DNA of 62,985 nucleotides, the filler included, from Octopus bimaculoides (Eukaryota), in the NCBI RefSeq assembly GCF_001194135.2. It is 3 parts of 3 records of this genome, joined end to end, with 100 filler letters (N's around TTAATTAATTAA, not from the genome) between each part and the next. Parts side by side here need not be neighbours in the genome. Positions count along the whole stretch, not along the records: positions 36,380 to 62,985 come from NC_068989.1; 2 more parts are not named here. One strand, written 5' to 3'. Made by a program: the position numbers and the translations under genes. The notes under the pieces are model-generated. The model made no database searches. It was not told the DNA's origin and worked only from the letters and a program-made list of their open reading frames with translations. This document shows, in pieces, positions 51,915 through 62,985 of this stretch (position 1 is its first letter; each line of letters starts with the position of its first letter).

Positions 51915-52103
51915 TTGTAGCACAAGGCCAGCAATTTCGTTGGAAGTGGGTGAGTGGATTCAACAGGTACTTTTTTTATCGCCCCAAAAGGATGAAGGGC
52001 AAAGTCGACATGCGCGCAATTTGAACTCAGAACGTAAAGACAAATGAAATGCCGCAAAGCATTTTACCCAACATGCTAACGATTCTGCCAGCTCACCGCC
52101 TTA
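51915..52103 (-). mobile_element. SINE family B
   Basis: gcacaaggccagcaattt..aaaggatgaagggcaaagtcgac..tttgaactcagaacg..ctgccagctcaccgcctta. Confidence 0.85.
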
Positions 52104-52493
52104 CACATTCTAATTATGAATTTCGTTTGGTTAGGCTGGAGCGAAGTATATCAAACCCATTTAAGGTATTTATGGCATTCATTTTATTCCAGAAATATGG
52201 AAGTCAAAGTGGACAATAACGTATTTAGAAGAGTCAAATAATGATTTTATTCGTAACAAGCTATATCTTCTGCCGTCCAACATATCCAATCATGTTTTCC
52301 CCCATTATTTTTAGACGAACACTGATTTCTTCTATTCTAACATAAATTCTTGAATTTATGCGAGAAATGGGATTTTGTGACTATTATAACTTTCAAAGTG
52401 TCATTAACTACCTGTTAACTTATAAAATTGTGCATTTGCGTCTAAGGAAATTAGTGCTTAGAAACAAGTCGCACTTGCGTGCGTGTGGTGAAG

Positions 52494-52735
<242 letters not shown>

Positions 52736-53767
52736 GTACCAAGTACAACATTCCACGGTTTTGGGGAGCTATATAAAGGGCTATAGTAAGTTGTAACTTC
52801 TTTCCTGAACGAGGTCCATTTACAGCTAGGTCGACTGATCTAGCGACAATTAAGTGTATTCACCTCATATATCCAATAAGTAGTTTACAAAAATACCGAA
52901 AAGATATTTTGCCAACGATTTCTAAACGAAATAACGAAAAATATTCATTGTGTTTTATGATTTAAAAGCACTAATAAGTTTCATAAGTTTCAGAAATATT
53001 GTGGAGTATAAATACGGTGGCGAAGGGTAATTGTGAAAAAGAAGAATGCAAAAAGAAGTGTTCTGAAAGACCGTTCAAAAAAAGGAAGTGGTATTAGAAA
53101 AGAATTGCCAGAGTTCAACAAACTCTGTACGACAAGCAACAAACGGGGCACAACTTTTGTAGAAACACGATAATTTTAATTCATGTCTTCAAAAGATGTG
53201 GATCCAACTTTTAGAGATACTCTCTTCCTCTGAAACTGTATGGATAATAAGGCGTCGATACTTACAGATCACAATACAGATTTCGTAAATTGATGGTTGT
53301 TCGCTGTCGAGAAATGGCGTCGAGATTAGAACGTGCTTTCTTTTGATGTTCTTCTAGATTTAAAATGACGATAACACCCTAGACAAACAATCTTCTGCAA
53401 AGACCCATTAGAAAAGTTTCCGTAAAAGTTTTCTCCAATTTCAAACAGAATTTCACCCAACATACATTCACTCTTCACTAAACTTACATTCACTCTAACA
53501 CAGAAGATCGATGATTAATTGTATAATGATTAAACTAAAATCCAAGGCCACCTATACACTGTAATACAGTCAGGAGCATGTAGTTGCCGCGCCATTTTAA
53601 AAATCTGATTTCTTTTTTAGATAAGTTACGTATGTGAAGTGAGTTCGCTTCTTTTAGAGAATCCAATGTTGGGTTATCGATATAATACCATATCGTACAG
53701 TATATATATAGTATCTACAGCGTCATTGGGAAGAGATTTTGAGCGTAACCATTGCCATTGTAGTTTT

Positions 53768-53818
<51 letters not shown>

Positions 53819-54500
53819 NNNNNNNNNNNNNNNNNNNNNNNNNNNNNNNNNNNNNNNNNNNNNNNNNNNNNNNNNNNNNNNNNNNNNNNNNNNNNNNNNN
53901 NNNNNNNNNNNNNNNNNNNNNNNNNNNNNNNNNNNNNNNNNNNNNNNNNNNNNNNNNNNNNNNNNNNNNNNNNNNNNNNNNNNNNNNNNNNNNNNNNNNN
54001 NNNNNNNNNNNNNNNNNNNNNNNNNNNNNNNNNNNNNNNNNNNNNNNNNNNNNNNNNNNNNNNNNNNNNNNNNNNNNNNNNNNNNNNNNNNNNNNNNNNN
54101 NNNNNNNNNNNNNNNNNNNNNNNNNNNNNNNNNNNNNNNNNNNNNNNNNNNNNNNNNNNNNNNNNNNNNNNNNNNNNNNNNNNNNNNNNNNNNNNNNNNN
54201 NNNNNNNNNNNNNNNNNNNNNNNNNNNNNNNNNNNNNNNNNNNNNNNNNNNNNNNNNNNNNNNNNNNNNNNNNNNNNNNNNNNNNNNNNNNNNNNNNNNN
54301 NNNNNNNNNNNNNNNNNNNNNNNNNNNNNNNNNNNNNNNNNNNNNNNNNNNNNNNNNNNNNNNNNNNNNNNNNNNNNNNNNNNNNNNNNNNNNNNNNNNN
54401 NNNNNNNNNNNNNNNNNNNNNNNNNNNNNNNNNNNNNNNNNNNNNNNNNNNNNNNNNNNNNNNNNNNNNTATATATATATATATGAATGTATGTATGTTG

Positions 54501-54556
<56 letters not shown>

Positions 54557-54921
54557 CATGCATACACACATATATATGTATATCTATAAAATGAATAGTG
54601 AGAAATATATTCGATATATAGCACGACTATTCAGTATTCAAAGTTAATTGGGTTATTGGAATATTACGGAATATTTGGGATTTGAGTCAAAGTTCTGGGT
54701 TAGCAGTCCATATATGAAAATTAAAACTTCAATCCATTAAATACTTCATGAAAATATATATGTAAAATAAATATTTCGATTGAGAGGCAAACATGCGCAT
54801 TGAAACAATACAGATTCAGCGATATTTAAATCATACAAATTTGTACGTACAAGAACATACATATAGATATCTATGTATGTATGAACCATGAAAGATATAT
54901 ATCTATGCATATGTATATGAA

Positions 54922-54987
<66 letters not shown>

Positions 54988-55649
54988 GCTATCTATCAAT
55001 CTACCTTTATTTATATACATGTATATGGGGAGGTGCGTATATCATTTCTGGTATATATATATTGACATATGTTCTTGTTATCTACGATAAGAATATGAAA
55101 GCGTATTATATATTCACTCGCTCATTCTCTCTCGGTTCATTTATAGAAAGGGAAAGCGTGAGAGAGAGAGAGAGAGAGAGACAGAAACTAACTGGGGAGA
55201 GGGAGATAGATAGATAGATAGATAGATAGATAAATAGAGCGAGAGAGAGATAAAGATAGAGAAAGATAGAAAGACAGAGAGAGAAGGTGAACGGAAATAG
55301 GGAACAGTGAGAAACATAAAATAATTGGTACTTATTTTGACTTAAAGAAAGCATACTCAGTCATATACAACCACAATATCAACAACAACATGTAGAAAGT
55401 AATAGTAGTAGTTGCAGCAGCAACAGCAGCAGTGGTGGTAGGGTAAGCCTCAGACAAAATGCTGTAGTGTAGATCGGAGGCGGCTGAGGTTAATATTCCA
55501 TTTAATTTTTCAGGGACGGAGGTGTCGATTAAATTATCTCTCAGTTAAATATGTTCTTGATTTAATTGAGTATACCTCCACTATATAGCCTGTAAATTTA
55601 AGGTATTTTCAGGGTCTATAGCAGAAAGAATGAGAAAGCAGCGCATAGC

Positions 55650-56060
55650 ATTAAAGTGACACTGGGGCACAAATATATAAAACCTAATATACTTATCATG
55701 ACTACGCGTCTGATGAGGGTACACACGTTACATGCATCATGACTACAAATGTACGCGGCATGGTGATCTCATATCAAGATGAACAGTGCCCCTGACCTTG
55801 CAGGTGGGGCCCAGTTAGAATTTTTTCAGGTCAAGTCGCCTACTCCGTTCAATAGGTCCCTACTCCGTTCAAAGATCCCCGAATAACGGTTGTTTAAGGA
55901 TGATGAACGTAACAACCATTTTTCCAGAGGTGAATTATTCAAAGTGCAAAGAATCCCTGTCAAGACATGGCTAAGTTGCTTCCCCACTGCTCCTCATCGT
56001 GATCAGAGAAGCACAGATCGTCAGTTATTAAGGGACATGCTCAAGTAACTGACAAACAAA
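55650..56060. repeat. probable dispersed repeat of undetermined class
   Basis: Complex sequence (catggtgatctcatatcaagat..gaccttgcaggtggggcccagttagaatttt) that I recall as a recurring octopus repeat. It is single-copy in this window and unverified. Confidence 0.35.
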
Positions 56061-56141
56061 TCTGGGGTCCTATAGGACTTACGAAACCAGATAGGAATAT
56101 ATGGCGCGACACATGAATTACACATGCAATCCAGTGAGAGA

Positions 56142-56203
<62 letters not shown>

Positions 56204-56662
56204 NNNNNNNNNNNNNNNNNNNNNNNNNNNNNNNNNNNNNNNNNNNNNNNNNNNNNNNNNNNNNNNNNNNNNNNNNNNNNNNNNNNNNNNNNNNNNNNNN
56301 NNNNNNNNNNNNNNNNNNNNNNNNNNNNNNNNNNNNNNNNNNNNNNNNNNNNNNNNNNNNNNNNNNNNNNNNNNNNNNNNNNNNNNNNNNNNNNNNNNNN
56401 NNNNNNNNNNNNNNNNNNNNNNNNNNNNNNNNNNNNNNNNNNNNNNNNNNNNNNNNNNNNNNNNNNNNNNNNNNNNNNNNNNNNNNNNNNNNNNNNNNNN
56501 NNNNNNNNNNNNNNNNNNNNNNNNNNNNNNNNNNNNNNNNNNNNNNNNNNNNNNNNNNNNNNNNNNNNNNNNNNNNNNNNNNNNNNNNNNNNGATTTCAA
56601 CGACAATATGAGTCTTCGAAGACAGTTGCCCCCATAACTTCCAAGTAAGTTTACACACATAC

Positions 56663-56697
<35 letters not shown>

Positions 56698-56917
56698 CAA
56701 ACACACACACAAACACACATATATATATAATGTATGTATACATATGCATAACATTTATTGAAACTGATTTTTTGCTTATGGTGTCGAGTTTCACGATACT
56801 GCGATCTTCAGTCGAAAACTGAAGTTCGAAAGGCGTGAAACTCAATTTCAATAAACCATGTGCAATACAGCATGCATTGACCACTCCTTTCTCATTCATC
56901 GGACACAATTCAACGTA

Positions 56918-56974
<57 letters not shown>

Positions 56975-57253
56975 CTTCTCTNNNNNNNNNNNNNNNNNNN
57001 NNNNNNNNNNNNNNNNNNNNNNNNNNNNNNNNNNNNNNNNNNNNNNNNNNNNNNNNNNNNNNNNNNNNNNNNNNNNNNNNNNNNNNNNNNNNNNNNNNNN
57101 NNNNNNNNNNNNNNNNNNNNNNNNNNNNNNNNNNNNNNNNNNNNNNNNNNNNNNNNNNNNNNNNNNGGGTGTATGAAAAGTCTTGAGCGTCAGAAAAACA
57201 AAGCATGGTACAAGACTTCAAGGCTCAAAACTTTTCATACACCTCGTGTGTAT

Positions 57254-57333
<80 letters not shown>

Positions 57334-57592
57334 GTATATATATGTATGTATATATATATATATACATATATATGTATATATATACATATATATGTATGCA
57401 TACATATATGTATGCATACATATATATATATATATATATACATAAATGCATACATATATATATATGCACACGCAATATATATATATATACATACGTGCAT
57501 ATGTATGTATATATTTTTATATATATATATATACACATAGATACGTACATATATATATACACACACAATATATATATATATATGCATACATA

Positions 57593-59149
57593 CAGTCATA
57601 TGCCAATGAATTTGACAAACACCGTTCGTTTGCTATTTCGTGTGAAATATCATGCGAATGTCAATGATTTAATATTATTTTAACAATTTATCTGTTATCC
57701 AATAAGATTTGAAAGCAAAACCGTTGAAAACCAACAGATATTGCAAATAATCATCAGTTTGCGCAATTGGTTATATTTCCTCCAAGTGGAAATCACATTC
57801 CTCTTCATGACTTCAAGTTGGAATCGCATGCAAATTAATAACCAGAACAGTAAAGCAATGTGTGATGTTATGAGCCTTTTATGATTGATTTTTAATTAAT
57901 GAATGCTCTGTTCCCCCAAAACAACTTCAAATTTTATTTTATTTTATTCCAGGAATAGTATTGGTACAATAGAAATATCTGTCAATAATTTCTTTCCACC
58001 AAAATGGCCTAACAACACAGGATATTGTTGCTAAAAGCATTGCACCTGAAAGAACTGTGTATAGTATTATAAAAACTTTCAAAGAGATAGGATCCATGAC
58101 GGTGAAGAAGGCCCCCTGTCGTCAACGTCTGTCGTTTGACCGCCAAGACAGGGCTTTGGTGAGAAATTCGTTGAGGAATCGAAGTGCCGGCCGTAAACAG
58201 CTTGCTAAAGTTTGGTAATCAGCCGGTGTCAGCGCTTTAGCTCGGACTGTTCGACGACGACTTCTTGACAATCGTCTCGCTTCACGGAGTGCTGCAAAGA
58301 AACCTTTTTTGTTCAAAAACACGTGAAGGAAAAGCTTGTCTTTTGCAGAAAATATAAAAATTGATCTAGTGAACAATGGAATAAAGTGATGCTTTTTCTG
58401 ATGAAGCTACATTTCAATTGTTTGGGACATCTTGAAAAAGGTTCATCAGAAGTGGACAAGGTGAACGCTATTATGTGGCCTGCATCATGCCCACACAGTC
58501 AAGCATCCAGAAGCCATTCATGTGTGGGGTTGCTTTTTATCCAAGGGCGTTGGATCACTATCAGTTTTGCCGAAAAACATTTCTATGAATTCCACATGGT
58601 ACCAAAATATCCTTGAAAACCATCTCCTTCCAAACATTGAGATGCAGTTTGGCGAAGAAACTTGCATTTTCCAATAAGATGGAGCACCTTGCCGCATTGC
58701 TAAAAGGATTAAAAAGTATCTTGGAGATAAAGGCATTGAAATTTTGGAGCCTTGGCCGGCGAATTCACTAGATTTAAATCCTACTGAAAATTTGTGGTCC
58801 ATTTTTAAAATCCGATTTGACAGAGAAAGCCAACAAATATTGAACAGTTGAACGCTCTCGTACATCAAGAATGGAGGTCTGTAAACAATGAACTGACTCA
58901 ATAATTGACTTCCAGTATGCTTAAACGAATCGTGGACGTCTCGAAAAATAGGGGTCGCCACTGCAAATACTGAGAAGAAGATGAATAACTGCGTATCACA
59001 CCTTATTGTTTATACGGTTCAAGTCCGTTATTATTTTTCGTTAATATGCTCGTACACACTTAAACAAATCAACCTTTTGACTTGGATAGGCATATTTATA
59101 TATTTTTGGTGCAAAATAACGATTTTGCCAAATTCTTTGGCCATGACTG
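57593..59149 (+). mobile_element. decayed Tc1-family transposon with DD35E spacing (Traveler-like)
   Basis: TIRs cagtcatatgccaatgaatttgacaa and (reverse complement) cagtcatggccaaagaatttggcaa. Transposase remnant at about 57950-58973: ..RTVRRRLL..AAKKP..FSDEATF..KHPEAIHVWGCF..FQ*DGAPC-(35 aa between D and E)-NPTENLW..GRHCKY*. Confidence 0.9.
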
Positions 59150-60102
59150 TGTATATATGTATCTACACACTCGCGCGCGTGCGCACACGCAGACATGCCT
59201 TGTTATGTATGTATGTTCTGTGAACGTGCAGATGTGGTTTGTAGGCACACCTGCACGTTTAAATAACACTTTTATGTATTTTATGATGAAAAGGTTATTA
59301 TTACTATGGTTACAATACAGACAATAGATGGCTTCATTGATGCGTCGTTATTTATGATTCTACGTTTAAACACAGACGGTGTCAATTCAGGGTTTTATTC
59401 TACTAGAGTCGATAAATAGGTAAGGAACTAAGGAATTTCTGTTGAGTTTCTACAACTATGTCCGTCAATTGTGGTATTATTGTCATCATTAATGATAACA
59501 ATATATATATATATGTGTGTGTGTGCGTGTGTGTGCGTGCGTGCGTGCGTGTGTGTGTGTATGCGTGTGTGTCTATATGTATATAAATAAATATATATAT
59601 ATGTGTGCATATATATATATATATGTACGTATGTAAGTATGTATGTGTGTATGTATACATAGGTTTAATTTTTGGAATGCAAATGCGAAAAAGAGTAGTC
59701 AATATATGTAGTTACTCTTTATTTATTCATTTATTTATTTATTTGTGTAAAGTCAACGTTTCACCCCATAGCTCCCAGGCATTCGTTCAGGCTCATAAAA
59801 ATCTCATAAAATCTGTTGTTAGCTCCCAATTCTTAACATTAAGCAGTAAGAAATATAATTTCCCCTCTAAGTAAAGCCGCACTTAAACTCTGGCAACATT
59901 TGTAGGTTGGTTTAGAGGAGAATGAAAGATGAAGTAGTGACTTTGTTGGTATAAAGAAAAACTCAAGCATTCACCATTCGTTTACCTATCGAATATACTA
60001 CGATATACCCATTCATATACACATACATACATACACACATACATGTGTATGTGTGTGTACATGTGAGTGTAAGTGTGTGTGAGCGCGCGCGTGCGTGTGT
60101 GT

Positions 60103-60144
<42 letters not shown>

Positions 60145-60429
60145 TTATGGATATTTATAAAGAAAAGGTTGATTTCAAAATTTCGGCTTTCTGATCGTCA
60201 TCAGGTTAAACTTCGAAGTCACTATCAACTCTATCAATTTTTTTCCTTGCAAAATTACGTAAATATCGTATACTAGTAACAAGTACTACGTGATACTTCA
60301 ATTTATAATGCTCAATGTTTTTATATAAAAGTTGACATAAAAACAAACGTGAATACATTCTACACGCGCGGATGCGCACATGCACACAGATACAGACAAA
60401 TACACACGCACACACAAACCCACACAAAC

Positions 60430-60730
60430 CCAGCTTAAAAGAAAGGAATAAAATAAAATTTTAAATATCTGTAACACAAAATAGAGTTACCATGACTGCC
60501 CTTTCCACAGTTTGACCACCAGTAGAGTGATTGATTCTTTGGGTTTCCATCAGGTTTTCTGATTCTAAACAATAAAACATCTGTCCAAGACATAGACAGA
60601 GACACACTGCATGTACATGCTTGCATATATATATGTGTCTATATGTATTTATGTATGTGCTTTTTTTGTACACACACTCACGCACGCACAGAGAAACGCA
60701 TACATACATAAATTCAAAAATTTATGTATA
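60430..60730. repeat. 301-bp direct duplication, copy 1
   Basis: Matches 62498-62798 (offset 2068) with one substitution seen (aataaaat vs aatgaaat). Confidence 0.9.
60491..60564 (-). other. candidate 74-nt internal exon (copy 1)
   Basis: ttttattgtttag|AATCAG..GTCATG|gtaact. Two frames are open: SENLMETQRINHSTGGQTVERAVM or IRKPDGNPKNQSLYWWSNCGKGSH. Product not recognised. Confidence 0.35.
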
Positions 60731-61010
60731 GACGGAAACTGAAAGGAGTCCGTCGTATATATGTGTATATGTATGTGCATGTGTGTGTATATGTTTGTGT
60801 GTCTGTGTTTGTCCCCTCCACCCAACATCATTTGACAACCGGTGTTGGTGTGTTTACGTCCCCGTAACTTAGCGGTTCGGCAAAAGAGACCGATAGAATA
60901 AGTACTAGGCTTCCAAAGAATAAGTCCCGGGGTCGATTTGCTCGACTAAAGGTGGTGCTCCAGCATGGCCACTGTCAAATGACTGAAACAAGTAAAGAGT
61001 AAGAGTAAAA
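60731..61010 (+). mobile_element. SINE family C, 5'-truncated, well preserved
   Basis: gacggaaactgaaagg..ccccgtaacttagcggttcggcaaaagagaccgatagaataagtactagg..cagcatggcc..aaatgactgaaacaagtaaagag. Confidence 0.9.
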
Positions 61011-61727
61011 CATGCAAGCCGTTATTTATCAGGTTCAAGCTAGCAAATTGTCTTCTGAATATTTGCCTGCTGTAGAACACGGAAATGACCAGATGTGATA
61101 ATACAGGCGAAACAAAGCACCTAGTCGAAGATTGATTTTAACTATCTTTTTGTTCATACCATGTATATACTGCTATTTAGACTCAAATTAACCGAAACCG
61201 TGAATTACCGTCACATGTTTTGAAGAGACATACCCAACAAGTGCTAAACTTAAAGGATGCATTTGAACCTTCCCACACATACATACATACATACATACAT
61301 GCATACATACATACATACATACATACATACATACATACATGCTAATACACACATATATACATATGAATTATGTATGGATGAAAGAATGTATATTCCCACA
61401 TACAGACATATATTTAGACATCCCTCTCTAGCTTTCTGTCTGTCAGCCTGTCTGAATATTCTTGTGCAAATTTGAAGTTATATAACATGCACAAGGACTT
61501 AAATATAGCGTTATATTTTAGGTATTTTTGATGTATATTCGTTGGTTTTATTTTCTACTTCCTATATTAAATGTAATTTTAGGTAGTAAATCTAAAAAGC
61601 AAAAGGAAGTACTGTGCTAGTAAGAGTATAAATATGTGTGTTTGTGTATTTACTTGCATACATGCCTACATACACACATACATATGCATACATACATTTA
61701 TATATACATGAATATATGAATGTATGC

Positions 61728-61803
<76 letters not shown>

Positions 61804-62162
61804 TACATACAAATATGTATATATCCTACATACAAATATGTATATATCATATATATATATATTACATGTGGATACATGCATATATATAAGTATAAACATG
61901 CAAACACTCACACGCAAACACGCTTGCGCGCGTGCAAACACACACGCACAAACGATTTCTGGAAATATGTATGTGTACATATACAACCCTGTAGATTATG
62001 TATATACAGTACGCATAAAATTAGCAAAATTCATATAATGTACAGTGGAACGTTTATTAATCAACGTACCGACGTGACTCTGAATACGAAAATTAGATAA
62101 AACATTGTTCTTATCAAGTTCTACATAATTAAAAATATAAATTTATAGTACACACATACACT

Positions 62163-62199
<37 letters not shown>

Positions 62200-62230
62200 G
62201 TGTGTATATATACATAAACATATTTATCTA

Positions 62231-62262
<32 letters not shown>

Positions 62263-62303
62263 CCTATCTACCTCTCTATCTATCTATCTATCTATCTATC
62301 TAA

Positions 62304-62346
<43 letters not shown>

Positions 62347-62364
62347 ACTCTCTCTCTCTCTCTC

Positions 62365-62411
<47 letters not shown>

Positions 62412-62497
62412 ATATCACGGGATATAGATACATTGAATAACTATATTTTTTATAATATTGCCATGATTGGACAGTCTTCATGGCATTTTCTAATATA

Positions 62498-62798
62498 CCA
62501 GCTTAAAAGAAAGGAATAAAATGAAATTTTAAATATCTGTAACACAAAATAGAGTTACCATGACTGCCCTTTCCACAGTTTGACCACCAGTAGAGTGATT
62601 GATTCTTTGGGTTTCCATCAGGTTTTCTGATTCTAAACAATAAAACATCTGTCCAAGACATAGACAGAGACACACTGCATGTACATGCTTGCATATATAT
62701 ATGTGTCTATATGTATTTATGTATGTGCTTTTTTTGTACACACACTCACGCACGCACAGAGAAACGCATACATACATAAATTCAAAAATTTATGTATA
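62498..62798. repeat. 301-bp direct duplication, copy 2 (includes the candidate exon at 62559-62632, minus strand)
   Basis: See copy 1. Confidence 0.9.
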
Positions 62799-62985
62799 AA
62801 GGCACATAGTGCGTATGTAATATGCACATAGAAAAATATATGCACAAATATGTCTATATTCACACACATGCGAATATACATATATACATATATATGTGTG
62901 CATGTGTATATATGCATGTATATATATATGTATGTATGTATCCATTTTTATATCTATCTATATGTAATATATATATATATATATA

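Noticed and set aside
55705-55740. CTGATGAG motif (similar lone motifs near 18625 minus, 21600 and 58410)
   Set aside because: No closing stem and GAAA; the 58410 one is the FSDE codons of the transposase.

Overview
Eukaryotic, AT-rich, non-coding DNA from a gapped short-read assembly: about 24 N-runs totalling roughly 7 kb, nearly all flanked by microsatellites. The extreme (TA/CA/AG/ATCT/ATT)n density and the recurring tRNA-derived SINE families suggest a cephalopod, most likely Octopus. That is inferred from recognising the repeats and was not verified by a search. No intact protein-coding gene is supported, and almost the whole ORF track is microsatellite or N read-through. The window holds three decayed Tc1/mariner elements with TIRs (DD37D/maT-like, an internally deleted mariner, and a DD35E/Traveler-like copy), a MITE, R4/Dong-like and RTE LINE fragments, a Penelope-like RT remnant and more than 20 SINE copies. 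The most interesting signals are: (1) hammerhead ribozyme (HHR) folds in two non-autonomous element types, namely a tRNA-headed SINE-like element set as a ~500-bp inverted repeat and a pLTR-like family with a long stem-II insert (two copies); (2) a tandem and inverted array of a ~285-bp unit with a tRNA-like Pol III head; (3) a perfect 153-bp inverted repeat 1.45 kb apart that overlaps a candidate exon; (4) a 301-bp direct duplication carrying a candidate 74-nt exon.
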